A DNA stretch of 64,000 nucleotides. Source: Lama guanicoe. Lineage: Eukaryota. Below are positions 24,551 through 38,559 of this stretch, one piece after another. The stretch spans positions 24,893,539 through 24,957,538 of the forward strand of contig MU056991.1 of the NCBI GenBank assembly GCA_013239625.1. The letters are read 5' to 3'. The translations under genes and the position numbers were made by a program. The notes below the pieces were generated by a model. The model was not told the DNA's origin. It did not search any database and saw only the letters and a list, made by a program, of their open reading frames with translations. Position 1 is the first letter of the stretch. Every line of letters starts with the position of its first letter.

Positions 24551-27365
24551 TGAGGGAAAACATTTAAAAGATTATTACAATAAGTTAATGATGTTGAGAA
24601 CCTAAATCATACCAAAATGAATTTCCACTTCCAATTCATGTCAAATCTTCTTGTGCTTTTATTATTTCAGTTTCTGTTCTATGCTGGCTAAAGGCTCCAA
24701 TGCCATTAATAGGGCCACAGAATTGGCAGTGACTTATAGATATGCCGCTGTGTTCTTCTGGTTATCAGGCAGGCTGAGAGCTTTCTATTTACGTAAGTCC
24801 TCAATGAGTCTCCACACAAATCTATCCCCTGGGCAAGGGCAGAAATGCCAGAGACTGAATTTCTATAATAAGGTTGGATCTTAAAGACTGCTGCAGAAAC
24901 TCACCTTGAATGGATGTAAAGAAAAAATGTGTAAACATTGTCCGGGTAAACTGGATAACAGACAGAGGGAGGCACGTTTCTTTTGCAGATTACTTATTTA
25001 AAATCTTCCCTGATCTCTTAACAAGGGAAATCAGGAGGAATTCCTTATTTCTTTAGGGAAAGGGACTGAAATACTAAGAGTAAATCACTTTAGAAAACAA
25101 CTTCTCTAAATGGAAAACGGTTTTCAGTATGTTATAAAATTGGGATGCTTTACTCTTTTAGAAAAGAAGTTCAGAGCAACGCTGGGAAGGACCATGCCCT
25201 GAGGGCAGGTAGGGTGGCACCAGCACTAGGACCTTCAGGAGAGCAGGAATCAACACAAGAGGCTGAGGCTACAGAAGTTCAGTGATTGTCCCCTGGTGGA
25301 CGAGCATCCCAGGGAACGAGCCAGGGAAAGAGAACGTCCACTGGCACGAAGGTCCTAACCAGCTGAACACTGAGGCCAGACAACATGCAGTTTTCAGTGC
25401 CATTAGCTAATAGCCATACTTCCTTGATTGCACTTTCCAGGGGTGCTGAACACTAACCTTTCCATTTGATGACAAAGTATCTTGGTTTGGCAACCTGCAG
25501 CCCCCTTTCCCCTTTTGTTTTTTAGAAAGACATTTCAACAATGAACAGATCCAATTAAAGGGAATTTGTGTTCTACTTTTTAAACAAGGATGATGTATTT
25601 ATTCAAATTAGGAGTTAACGTTGTTAACAGGTTTTGAATATTATTTTAAGAAAAGGTGAGAAACTCATCGCTCAATTCTATTTCAAGAAAGTGTGTTATA
25701 ACTTACATATTTAGAATTTAATGATTAAAGAAGACCCTCCCAGGGACAGTTACGGATCATAGAATCCCAGAAGAAACAAATCACAGAACACTGGTAGGAA
25801 AAGAGGGGGAAAAGGAATTAAAATGTGAAAAGCTTTTAATTCCAACTAATTTAAGGAATGTAAATAACCAACCAGGAAAAGAAATACTTGGAGAAATGTT
25901 TATAGTGGATAGTATGATATCCGACAAATTACTTAACAGATTAGAGAAGTGGAAAGGGGGGATGTGGCCTGATCATGGTAGAAATGTCTATTGGAAGCAA
26001 ACTATTTTAAGTATGGTTGTGCTGAATATTAATTCTACAAAGCATAATTATCAGATCATTGATACAATCTAAAATTTGGGTAAGAAATTAAAATAATTAT
26101 TCGGAGGAAATGTTACTACATCTGATTTATTGTATGCATTTGTTTTTTAAACCACTGGGTGAGTTTCACTTAATAGCATATGCTAAACCAAACTCATTCA
26201 GGAAAGCAGTCACTGAGTGAGGCCCTGCAAACATAAACATGAGTGAAAAACAGTCCCTGTTCTAAGCTGCTTGGAGTTTGGTAGAACGAAGGAGCCTAGA
26301 TTACCCGATATCAGAATAAAATGCAAGTTGAGAAAAATCATGTTGACAAATTGTTTCGGTCTTAGCTGTTTTGCACAGTTGTGATTGATTCTGCTAATTC
26401 TCAAAAGGTTTTTTTTTTTCTTTTGAAACTTCCTTTCTGTTAAAAAAAAAATGCTATCCTACAACAGTGAGTGTTCTTCAAAAAGGCAACGTCCCAGGAT
26501 AGGAATCAACCTATGCAAAGAATAGCACAGATGGGAATAGGGTTCATACAGGAAGAAATTACTGCAGTAATCCAGGATGGAGGTGATGAGAACAAAGATC
26601 TTTATGTAGAAGCAATGAATTAAATGCAAGTATTAAAGGAAGACTCGCCCAACCTATAAAATAATGATGTATGTCTCTGAGCAGGGTCTGTTTTGGTCCT
26701 AAGAACTGGGTTTGTGTGTTAGAATATTTGGTATGTTTGAAATGGGGGTAGGAGGGAGGAGGGGAGGTGAATCTTAAACAAAATCCAGATCTCTCAGGGT
26801 AAAATGTGCACACGGAAGTGGGAAGACCCAGCTGCAGTCAAGAGAAGACCAGTTAGAGATGTGGGGCACATTATCCTAAGGACACAGGAGCACAAGGTAA
26901 TGTAGGGTCACTGAAATGGACATTCACTGAGGGTTTACAACTACACGTCTTATCAGACCTGCAAAATACAGTGGCAAAGACTCTTGAAGCAGTGAATATA
27001 TAAGGGTTTGAATTCAGCTAATGAAGAATATTATAGTAGATCATTAGGTAGAAAAAAATAAGTCATATTGAACTATATTCATAAAATCAGAGGTTGCCGT
27101 TACTACCCAGAGAGAATAAAACACAACAAGCCAGGGACCTGGTTACTGGGGGGTAAATCAAGGAAGGACCTGCTTAAAAGAATTTGGATATAAGACGTAG
27201 ACCTGCTCAGAGGAATAATGTTGAACTTTCCCACCTTGGCCAAAGAATGTCAAAGGATAAATAAACGTAGCCGTTAGCAAGGACAGCTTACATTTCCAGA
27301 GATTAAGTCTGTCACCAGTCTCTATACTTTGATGGGCAGGAGGTATCTGGACCACATTATGGGAG

Positions 27366-27553
27366 CAGTTGTTTTAACGTTTACTATGCACAAGTACCTC
27401 TGGAGGTGTTTATTTGAAGTTCAGATTCCTGGCTTCTTTCTTCAGAGCTATAATTCAGTACATTTGGAGGAGGCTCCAGGAAACAGCATTTTGAATAAAA
27501 ATTCCAGGTGACTCTGATAAATGTTATCTGTGGACCACAACTTGAGGAAAACT
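27366..27553. mobile_element. MER5A-like hAT-Charlie non-autonomous element
   Basis: ~190 bp; 'cagttgttttaac...cagattcctgg...ccaggtgactctgat...ggaccacaacttgaggaaaact'. Confidence 0.8.
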
Positions 27554-28546
27554 TAAAGAAGAGTTATAAAAAAAAAAACTGCTATTAGATTGGTTTTATA
27601 TCCAGGACTGGAAAATTTCCCAGAGTACACACCTTGGGGATAAGAAATATGTTGGTGACCAGCATCTGGGATGGGCTTTCTTCTCACTAGATAATAGAAT
27701 GGATCTCTGTAGGTAGGAGATACAATGGATCAAATGGAGTCACTATTTTTGAATACTTATTTTTAATTACAGACTCAAGAGTCCAATAAATTCTCCAGTC
27801 AGAATGTGATTGTGAAAATGCTTTGAACCCCTAGACATAAGCACACAGATGTGACCAATAATCACACCACATCATCTGCTGATCCACCAAGCAATGCCCA
27901 CCAGAGCTGGCGTGGAATTTCACGTGCATAAGGGACATGAAAGAACACTGTGGTCTTAATGTATCATTTAGTGGTAGAAGAATTGCATTTCTAATATTTC
28001 AGAATTCTAAAGAAATCTTGAAGTGACCCTAAGAAATAGAAATAGTAAATATGATACTCTACTACAGTTACACTTAATAAATAATAGATACTTTCAAAAT
28101 TCTATACACTGTGGAAATGTGGGTAGATACTTAAGATGCAAAGAAAATGTCGTACTTCAAAAGGTCATTTTGCACGTGGCAATTTGCTTTCAAGAAGTAC
28201 GCCTTTAAAATCATTGCTATTTTTTTAACACAAATCATGCACAAGTCCTTTGGAGCTCATTTTTCTTACATCGTCATCATCTGCAAAAAAGCACGTGACA
28301 TATACAAGGGGAGGGATATGAAATCAATGTGTCATTTGTATACAGGACAATAAAGAAAGTAAAATCAAATAATGAGTCATACTTCAGAATAGGTATTACT
28401 TTCAGTACAATTATCCTTGAGCTTTTTTTGAGAGAATTAAATATGAGATTCAAACCTCACTGTTTCTTTAGGGTTGCATACAAATTTGATTAGAACATTA
28501 CATACAGGCATATCTCAGAGACGATGCAGGTTCGGTTCCAGACCAC

Positions 28547-28989
28547 GGGGCTGCACTCTGCAGGCTACAAGGCTGTCCTCAACCAGCGTCAAGACCACAG
28601 AAACAGCCCTGAGTCAACAACAGGGACGTGAGCGGTTTAATAGATGGAGGAGCAACAAGCTGGAAGCCAGGTCCTGGAGCTACGCCGCACTGTGCGCAGC
28701 AGAGATAGGGCAGCAGTCTTCGTCCCTGGGAGGGGGAGCGATGAGAGGAGGAACGGAAAGTTACCAGTTATAGGGGAATGGACAGCAGGTTGGCTCATTG
28801 GTTACTGGGGAAACCAGCAGAAGGGCACGCCCCTTCCTGCCCCTTTGATGACAACAAGCACCAGCAGGGGCCTGGGGCAAGCCTGTAGGAAGGCCAGGCA
28901 GGTGAGCGCTGTGGGTGAAGCAGGCACTGGTCCAGCAGGGGATGTGCAGAGGGCAAGAGCACAGCCATTTCGGGTGGCCTGATTGTACA
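28547..28989 (-). mobile_element. ERV solo LTR inserted into Tigger1
   Basis: Flanked by direct repeat 'cagaccac' (28539-28546 and 28990-28997); minus strand starts 'tgtacaatcaggccacccgaaatgg' and has CCAAT (28797-28801), TATAA (28768-28772) and ATTAAA (28636-28641) in LTR order. Confidence 0.82.
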
Positions 28990-29162
28990 CAGACCACCAC
29001 AACAAAGCAAACATAGAAATAAAGTGAGTCACAAGCTTTCTCATTTTCCCAGTGCATATAAAAGTTAACATTTACACTATACAGTAGTCTGGTAAGGGTG
29101 CAATAGCATTACATCAAAAAATGTTTATACATTAATTTTTAAACATTATATTGCTAAAAATG

Positions 29163-30889
29163 CTAATCAACATTGGAGTCTCCAGTGAGAAGTAAGCTTT
29201 TTGCTGATGGAGGGTCTTGGCGGCTACTGACCGGTCTGGGTGCTGGTTGCTGAAGCTTGTGGTGGCTGCAGCCACAACTTCTTAAAATAAAACAACAATA
29301 AACTTTGCTACATCCGTTGACTCTTCTTGCAAGAACGGTTTCTCTGCAGCATGCGCTGCTGTGTGATAGCATTTTACCCTCAGCAGAACTTTGAAAATTG
29401 GAGTCAGTCCTCTCCAACCCTGCTGCTGCTGTCACAGCGAAGTGTGTGTAACATGCTAAATCCTTTGTTGTCATGTCAACAACCTTTAGAGCCTCTGCCC
29501 CAGGAATCAATTCCATCTCAAGAAATCAGTCTTTGCTCATCGTAAAAAGCAACTCCTCATCCTGCCAGTTTGGTCTCAAGAATGCTGCAATTCAGGCACA
29601 TTTTCAGGCCCCATGTCTAGTTTTCTTGCTGTTTTCAGCACGTCTGCGGATACTTCCTCCACTGAAATCTGGGACCCCTCAGTGTCATCGAGGAGAGCTG
29701 GAATCAATTTTTCCAAACTCCTGTTAATGCTTTGACCGCTTCCCATGAATCAAGATGTTCTTAATGTCCTTAATGGCATCTGCAATAGTGAATCTTTTAC
29801 AGAAGGTTCTCAGCTGACTTTGCCCAGATGCACCAAAGGACTTAGCACCTGTAGCAGCCACAGCCTGACAAAATTCCTTAAATGATAAGACCTGAAAGTC
29901 AGAATTAATTCTTGACCCGTGTGCTGCAGAACGGCTGTCATGTTAGCAGGCGTGAACACAGCATTAATCTCGTATTTCTCATCAGAGCGCTTGGGTGACC
30001 AGGTGCGTTGCCAATGTGCCGTTATATTTTGAAAGGAATCTTTTTTTCTGAGCAGTAGGTCTCGGGAGTGAGCTCAAAATATTCAGTAAACCATGTTGTA
30101 AACAGATGTGCCCTCATGCAGGCTTCGCTAGCCCATTTACAGAGCTCAGGCAGAGGAGATTCAGCATCGTTCTTAAGGAATTGTAATTGGGTATTGGCTT
30201 CAACTTACAGTCACCAGCTGCATCAGCCCCCAAGGAGAGTCAGCCTGTCCTTTGCAGCTTTGAAGCCAGGTGTTGACTTCTCTCCAGCTATGAAGGTTCT
30301 GGATGGCATCTTCATCCAGTAAGGCTGTTTGTCTGTATGGAAAATCTATTGTTTATTGCAGCCACCTTCATGAATTTTCTTAGTGAGGTTTTCTGGGTGA
30401 CTTGCTGTGGCTTCTTTATAGGCAACTGGCCGCTTCACCTTGCACCTTTATGTCACAGAGACGACTTCTTTCTGTAAGCCTCAGGGAACCATCCTCTGCC
30501 AGCTTCAAACCTCTCTTCTGGAGCGTTCTCACCTCACTCAGCCTTCATAGATCTGAAGAGAGTTTGGGACTTGCTCTGGATGAGGCTTTGGCTTACGGGA
30601 ATGTTGGGGCTGGTCTGATCCATCCAGACAACTTGAATGTCCTCCATGTCGGCAAGGGAGCTGTTTCCGTTTCTTATCATTCCCTGCGTTCGCCAGAGAA
30701 GTGCATGTCATTTCCTGCAAGAACTTCTCTTTGCATTCACAGCTCGGCTAACTGTTCGGTGCAAGTGGCCTGGATTTTGGCCTGTCTGAGCTCTGCACTT
30801 GCCTTTCTCACTGAGCTTAACTGCATTTAGCTTCTGATTTAAAGTGAGAGAGGTGCAACCCTTCTTTTCACTTGAACACTTCTGAGCAT
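29163..30889 (-). pseudogene. Decayed Tigger1 transposase
   Basis: ATG context 'atgctcagaagtgttcaagtgaaaagaag...ctcactttaaatcagaagcta' at 30889; C-terminal ORF piece 'VVDMTTKDLACY...AAGLERTDSNF...GKMLSHSSACCRE' resembles the Tigger1 transposase; many stops and frameshifts. Confidence 0.88.
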
Positions 30890-32294
30890 CGCAGGGTTAC
30901 TAACTGGCCTGGTCTCAGTGCTGTTGTGTCTCAGGGAAGAGGGAGGCCCGAGGAGAGGGAGAGAGACGAGGGACAGCTGGTTGGTGGAGCGGTCAGAACA
31001 CACGCAGCGCTGACTGAGGAAGTTCTCCGTCTTACACGGCACGGTTCCTGCAGCCCCTCAACGATGACGAGAGTAACAGTGAGATCACCGACCACAGATC
31101 ACCGTAACAAATACAGTAATCATGAACATTTTGAAATAGTATGAGAATTACCAAAATGCCACACAGAGACGTGAAATGAGCAAATGCTGCTGGAAAAAAT
31201 GGTTCCAATAGACTTGCTTGATGCAGGGCAGCCACAAACCTGCAATTTGTGAAAAAATGCAGTATCTGTAATAAATCAAGCACAACAGAGCGAGCTGGCC
31301 TGTAGTTGAATGTTTCCATCAACCCAGAACTTCACTGCCCTCACACCTTAATATGCAACTACAATTTAAATCCAGATTCGCCAGAGCAGGCAACTTTTTT
31401 AGTAGTTTGTGAGAGATTTATAAAAAAAAACCCTTGAATTATCTAAAGCATATTTACTCATGTACCTGTTTCTGGCTTTTTTTTCCTTTTTAACATAACC
31501 ATGCTTAATGTAGGAAGTGTGTCTAATTTACATTTGGATGTCGCTTTTTTCACCAAGAGAAAACAGAATCTTGACATTTAATGAGTTTTATTCCCATGTC
31601 TCAGGCAAATCAAAAACATAGTGATATGGAAGTCTATAAGAAATCAGGTGTGGTCTGAAGAAATAGATGCTGCACTTTAACTGACAGGGAATAAATGCTT
31701 TCAGAACAGGTAATATCCCCCTACTGAAACTGAAGTTATTCTTCAAAGAAAAAAAAAACATGAATTCAAAAAATACTATTTAGGAGATGTGTCTTATTTA
31801 AATAATAATTGTGGCTTTTAGTAAAAATTGGTATTAAGGAGACACCAGTCACATTCAATTTTGCATCGGTTGCATATAGCTACAGCTTTTGGAAGAATAG
31901 CTGGACAGAAAGCCTAGTGAAAAAAAAATACAATTATGTAATAAGATTTGGAGGTCAACAGAGATCACAAAGTGTTTCTCTCAAAACTGAGTGTTGCAGA
32001 GTTTCTTCTGCTAGTCAACACAAGGTTCACCTCATGTGCTAAAACCATGGATTATTTATCCCTTTAAGCTGTAAAGCCATAAGAGAATCTGAGAGGAAGA
32101 GCCTCAGCGTGCTGTGTTTCTTAAAGGAACTTTACCAAGAAGACTTCAGTTTAGAGCAAAGAGGTTGATTTGATACGCATTACACAATAATGCTTAGACA
32201 GAGGCCACAATCAATCTCAAATTTCCCTTTTGAAAAACTGTGTTATACAGGCATTTGCCTATGTATGTATTTTCACAAATAACAAGACTTCTTT

Positions 32295-32406
32295 GGGGGG
32301 AGGGTAGAGCTCAGTGGTAGAATGTGTGCCTGGTGTGTGCAGCGTTGGGTTCAATCCCCAGTACCGCCATTAAAATAAATACATAAATAAGTACACCCCA
32401 AAAAAA
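32295..32406 (+). mobile_element. Camelid-type tRNA-derived SINE
   Basis: 'ggggggagggtagagctcagtggtagaatg...gggttcaatccccagtaccgccattaaaataaatacataaataa'. Confidence 0.9.
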
Positions 32407-32939
32407 TTCTAATCAAGGAGCTGTTGGTTGCTACTTATTCTGAATCATTCTAAGAGTGATTCTGAAATAAATGTTCTTAAAATTCAACATTGAATATTAA
32501 CTTAGAATTAAAAGACTCTAGAAAGACAAAAACAAAAGTAGTTGAGTTGAATCACATTTAAATCATATCAGATGAAGGTTCTAAAAATTAGATAGTCAAA
32601 ATGAGACTACGATAAATAAAAAATAATCCTACATTTCTACCAATTCTAATTCATGAGCCATGAAACACCATTGACTATTCCTTTATTTGGTTGCAATTTT
32701 GCTATTATATTTGATAAGTATTAAAAAAAACTACCAAGGATTTTCATCAGTTTTTTCCTATACTTAATCCCCCAACAGATTTTTATCCACCATTAATTTT
32801 TAATTACTTAATGTATTTTTCTAAAAAGATGACATTTAGTAATGTTATCTTACTATTAAACGTCACCTTACTGTTGTCTTCTTACTATTATCTCAAAATC
32901 TTTTTAGAGCACAGTGGGCTACAAGGAAACATTTAATGA

Positions 32940-33012
32940 CAAAAAGAAAAAGAACAACAGGAAGAAAGAAGGGAGGGAAGGGAGACGATAAAAGGAGGAG
33001 GAAGGGAGAAAA
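32940..33012. repeat. GA-rich low-complexity tract
   Basis: 'aaaaagaaaaagaacaacaggaagaaagaagggagggaagggag...'. Confidence 0.6.
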
Positions 33013-34563
33013 ACACGAAAACGCCTCGTGACTGAGGAAGTAAAAACCTTATGTAATATGGTTCAGAAGAAACTTCAGAAAATGAAGAAAAGCATCAAAA
33101 ACCAAACGTCATACCTCACATTTTAATTAAGGGATAACCTTGACTATACATATCTTTCTAGATACACACAGATTTTTTTTTCTCTGTATGTTGGTATTTT
33201 TAATATTTTTTACATTTTCCCTGTAGGTGTATATTTAATTTTTTGACATAAATTTTATGTGCAACAGTTAATTTTCTATTTATGTGGCCCTGTGGATGGA
33301 TAAAGATTCAAAATGTGAGGGTAGAAATGGTTATACATAAGAGAAATTAATTAGTAGTAACTGATGGGAAGAGTAATCATGTTTCTGAAATGAGCTTGGA
33401 AGTAGCAAAATGAGAATGAGTCAAATAAATTATTCACTAATTAAATAAATTGATTTTCCCAACACATCACAATTTTGACCCCAACTAATACAATATGTGG
33501 GAAGTAAAAATGAAAATTAGCATTCTGATGATGGGCATAAGCCAAATTGAATCAGTTCAAACCAAGAGCATTCTACAAATATTTGCAAAATAATAAACCA
33601 TATTAAGTAGTTTATATTACAATTCATAGGTTTCTCCAAATTATAGCTATATTTATTCCACTGTTCCCATCCCCAGGTCCTTTAGAGGGTTCTACTCTGG
33701 AGATATTATATGCATCCTTAAATATGTGTTTTAAATGCAATTTATAGTCATCAGGAATAACAGTTGCAAACCTATTATTAACAGTAAATATCTGTTTTTT
33801 ATGTGGTCCATTGGCAAAGCACGTACGCCAGGTGCCAAGTTACGAGTTACTAACATAATGATGAAACTGTCCCTCCTTATTTCACTCCTCATGGCAATGA
33901 CTCTCACAAAGTTGCCTTTATCTGTGAATGAACTGAAAATACTAGATACAAAAAAGAAACGAGTCCAAGAAAAATGGTCAGACACACTTTTATTAATTAT
34001 AAGCAAAACTGAAAGATGTTCTCTATCATATTGAGAAATACCAAGCAAGACTGCATTATATTTTTGTGAGAAGATTCAGTTTGCCTAACTGACAAGGAAC
34101 TAATTTATATGTGTACTTGTGTAAAAATGTAAAGTTTGCTCATTTGAATTTGACTCAGAAAAAAGCACTGCACTGTTGGAAGATAAGCTGCTACAGTACA
34201 CAGTGAGGTGAGGAGTTTGCCACCAAAGGCCTCCTCAAGGGGAAAAAAGGCCTATTAAAATAGTGCATAACACAAAAGGAAGACTTTACATTGTTCTCCT
34301 GTGCGAAGTGAAGAGAAGAGAGGAGGCTGTGGGAGGGAGCAACCCAAATGACGGATATTGAATTTGGCACTGACCTTGAGACAAATTCAAGACAGATTGA
34401 AATGGATTTAAGAAAAAGATAAATATAATATTTCTAGGACCCAGAGAGTCATGAACCTGACCATGCTTCTTATATTTATGTAATAGACTTGACTTTAGGT
34501 GATCCATTGCTTCTTTTCATTAATCATGTTAGTGGTAAATGCCATTGTCTTTTCTAATTATTG

Positions 34564-34588
34564 TTCATTCATTCATTCATTCATTCAT
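34564..34588. repeat. (TTCA)n microsatellite, probable L2 tail
   Basis: Six TTCA units. Confidence 0.8.
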
Positions 34589-34769
34589 ATGAATGCTCTC
34601 AAGAACTTTCTCTTTAAAAAATAAAATACACTATACAAATACTGCTTAACACTGAAATGTAAAGAAATCTCATGAAAAATATGTTTATGGAAACACTACA
34701 AGACAAATACTGTACTTGCATTATCTCATAATATTGCTGAACAATATTACAAAGAAAAAGGCTTAAATT

Positions 34770-35190
34770 AATTGACTGCCCTCCCATTCCAAGGGTCTAG
34801 ACACATCCCTTTAATTCTGGGAAGACTGTGATGGCTTCAGCCTATAGAACACAGAGGCAACGAGGCTACGTGCCTTGCAAAACTAGGTCGTAAAAACCCA
34901 CACATATTCCATGTGGTTCTTCTGGAACATTCACTCTTTGGAAGCTCCCCATTTGTACACTCCGACTTAGAATCCAATTGACATGTTCTGAGAAACCCAC
35001 GCTTCCTGGAGAGGTCACAGGTAGACACTCAGATGAGTGCACCTCGCTGAGCTAGTGCGTCAGCCCAGCCCAGAGACGGTGAGTAAAGACACTGTCTTGG
35101 AAGTCATTCCAGCTGAGGACCCAGAAACAATGGAGCAGAAGAAAGCCATCCTCCATATGTTATCCTCTGACCCTGACTCACAGACTCTGT
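34770..35190 (+). mobile_element. MLT1H-like MaLR LTR
   Basis: 'ctcccatt', 'aactaggtcgtaaaa', 'ggaacattcactct', 'ggagaggtcacaggtag', 'tggagcagaag..gccatcc', 'ctgactcacagactctg'. Confidence 0.75.
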
Positions 35191-37577
35191 TGCCAATAGC
35201 CTGCAAAAAAAATGAGAAAGATGTGATTTGTAAAAATGAAATTATAGTGGATGAGAATCAATGTTTTGCTTTTTTCTTTCATATTTAAGATAATAAGTAG
35301 GTTATAATAAAAATCCATTTCAAGAATCACTATAAGGAGACCAATGTTCCCTAAGAAACACACTTTGAATCATTGTAATACACTAATTTGAGAGAAGGAT
35401 GCATTTTATACATTAATATAACTAATAGATCTCAATTTATAAGATTTTAACATATAGCCAAGAAAAATTCAGTATAGATTCTCTTGGTAGGCTACTTTAA
35501 AGATTTAAGAAGAAAAAAAGAAACCTGTGGATCATTGTTAGAACATGTAATATTTTCATCCCCTCTCCATTTCCCACATCATTTTTCTTTTAATAAATAA
35601 TCTGATTAAACTATGGCTTGCATTATCCCATATTTATGCAGTGGCTAAATCCAAATCCAGTAGTTTTAAAAATAAATGTATAGCCATATTATAGGCGTCT
35701 ATAAACAGAGCAGTGCTTAGCTATACTCTATACATCCAATAAAAACTATCATGAACATTCTATATGAACATCTACTCATTACCCTGGCCCCCAGCAATTC
35801 CCTAATTTATGTCACTAGATTGAAAAATAGCACACACTCCATCCGGTCCTGCTCTCTAAGCTGCTTTCTCACTGCTGAGCTACCATATCATGCAGTCCCT
35901 TGAAAATATTATCAACTTTCTTGTAAAAAGATATTTTGGATTTTGCTTTGAAGTAAAAAATCATAAACAAAAGAAAAAGAAAAAAATAGGCTGCTTAGTT
36001 TTTGAAGGAAGATGATATTCTTTAAGGCTCCAATCGTGATGCCCTCAAGAGATCTGACCTTACTTAACTACGTGAACCCAAGGCACGTGCCTTAAGATTT
36101 CTGCAGAGAATTGACCGAATGTAGGAAAGTCAATGGGAGGCGATACACTAACCTTGGTGGAAGAAATTACCTGCAGAGATGTTGTCAGATTGAATATATA
36201 TATATTTTTAGCACACAGTGTCTTGTCTCCCTGTATTTAAATAAAACAAGATAATTAGATAAAAATATTAGATGCCTTCTTTGTGAAGGATGAGTACTTT
36301 CATCCTGATGAAAATGAAGACATTTGATAGACATTTAGAATCACCGGTCAGAAAATATAATGTTATTTGTGTGGGACTGTATTGTCTACTGCTTCTAGAA
36401 AAGCCTCAAAGCTTAAAGGTAAAAATAAAAATGAACGAAAAAGTAACTTCCTTTAAACTCATGATTTATGTTCTCATTGTGGCTTGAAACAAATTGAAAT
36501 CATTATATTGCACACCTAAGGCAAATAATAATAATAATAAGCTGTTCCTTGGGTTTTATTTTATCAAATCTCAGTGATTTATATCCAACTTTTCTATGGT
36601 GATTGCAGTTCATTACTGGAAACACACAATTCTGAGAGAACACACAGAGGTGCTTGTAATTGATCTCTTTATCAAGTTTTCATATTCCTCATGGTTGAAT
36701 AATGACTTCCTTTGGAGAATTTATAAAGTTTTCACGTTGTTTCCCTATTGTTTCTTTCATCCATCACAGAACTGCAAATAACTGGAGTGCCTTTGTGAGA
36801 GCAGAGGGAACGGGAACAAGTATAAGTGTTAACAATTTAAAAATTTTTTCATTTTAATCCTAAAACTTTTATTTCACTTTCAATTATATTTTAAGAAAAG
36901 CATTAAAAGCTCCTAGTTTGAAACTCAGTATTTCAAAGTATCTGTGTTCTATCTTTGAATGTTGAGTATCTAAGAAGTCAGGATGGAAAATCAATTGGGC
37001 TTAAATGATTCAGCATTTGAAAACATCCCGTCAGTCTCTTATTAGATTTTAATGATGTTAAATTATTATTTAACAAGTATTTTGTATTTTGTCATTTCCA
37101 AGATGCAGTTGAAGCTGTTAAAATCTATGTTTATATAAATACACAGAAAAAAATCTGACCTCAATTAAATCATAAATGTCTATTGACATTTATGTAAACA
37201 GTTTAAAAATAATAAAGAACTTCATGACAATATTAAAAAAAGAAACTTTTAGAAACTAAATGTGTACAACTGAGAAGGTAACTAAAATCTTTTTCATCTA
37301 TAGTTTTATTTGTCAAATTTGTTTTAATGTTTGTTTTACAATCTAAATTTTTGTAGTCAAAATTCAGAATAACTTTTAAATATGATTAGCTCTGCTTGTA
37401 TTACAAATGACTTACTTGCCTGGAAAATGGGCAAATAAACTGTTGATTCACTGATCTACAGATGACCCTGAGTATATGAAGTAAATTAATGTTTAAATAC
37501 ATGATTCTTAAAACATTGTTCTATTTATAAAGCTTCCGCTCTGTATAACCTCTGCTTGTTCATTTGTAAAACTCTAA

Positions 37578-37700
37578 TTGATTTAATATATTTAATATAA
37601 TAATACATTATTTATTATATATTGATATATTTATTTGATACATTTAATGCATTTAATATATTTATACATTTTTTAATATTTTTAATTTATTTAATATATT
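37578..37700. repeat. AT-rich low-complexity tract with (ATTTAATAT)-like units
   Basis: Repeated 'atttaatatattt' variants. Confidence 0.75.
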
Positions 37701-37892
37701 GAGCAAATTGTCACTAAAATATTGGCTTTGGTCATATTTGACTACAGAGACTACACATTGTTGAATTCAGTGAAAATAATTTCTCTATACCCTAAGACCT
37801 CTTTGAAAGTAATGACTAACTTTCTGTTCATTCAACATATAATAAATAAATAAAGCCGATATTATTTATGCATGTAATTTAAAAATATGCAA

Positions 37893-37992
37893 ATTATTTA
37901 TCGAGGTAAAATTCACATAACATAAAATTAAACATTTTAAAGCATAGGGCTCAGTGGCCTTTAGATCATTCACAATGTTGTGCAACCATTAT
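37893..37992 (-). mobile_element. L1MB 3' terminal fragment
   Basis: 'gaggtaaaattcacataacataaaatta...attcacaatgttgtgcaaccat'. Confidence 0.8.
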
Positions 37993-38559
37993 TTTTTTCA
38001 ATGACTTTATATATAAGCATATATACTGTATTCACGTATTACTAAAAGCTAACTTAATTCAGAAAGAGTTTTTTCCTCTCAGTTTTTGTGACACCACTCA
38101 ATTTGTGACATGGTTGTATGTTGATTGATGTTGTCTCTGTTCAGTTGATGAGCGGATGCCTTGTTTTCTCAACCAGACTGGAATACAGTTTTCTGTTCAT
38201 AGGGATGGATGACCCCCTGGAATGTATCTAGATGTCCCCAGGGGTCAGCATCTGCCCTTTAGATACTAAAAGCTGAACACTGACCTTTGCAGGATCACTT
38301 AATTATTTCATTTCAAGTCCAACATCAACCGGAGCACAGACAGTGGGCAGCAGCGTTCTCAAACAATGTGATCCCCTGGATGGTCTGAAAGTACATGAGT
38401 GGGGAATTCACTAAACTAAAGAGAGATGTGAAATTTCACCACATTATTCTGTACTCTTTTGGCGCCAAGACATTTCAAAGCCCATAAGAAATAATTATTA
38501 TGCACTTTACAGATAAACATTATACAGATGTAACATTTTATACCAACTAGCATAAAAGT

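Larger units (their letters stand above)
28505..31302 (-). mobile_element. Near full-length Tigger1 (Tc1/mariner-pogo) DNA transposon with nested LTR
   Basis: Termini 'caggcatatctc' and 'gagctggcctg' (decayed TIR), TA duplications at 28503-28504 and 31303-31304; ~2.35 kb after removing the insert; transposase remnants on the minus strand. Confidence 0.96.

Noticed and set aside
36080-36093. 14-bp palindrome aaggcacgtgcctt containing an E-box
   Set aside because: Several palindromes of this length are expected by chance in 64 kb.
25362-38288. Recurrent 'gctgaacact(g/a)' at ~25362, ~25445 and ~38272
   Set aside because: Short matches with no extended homology; compatible with chance.
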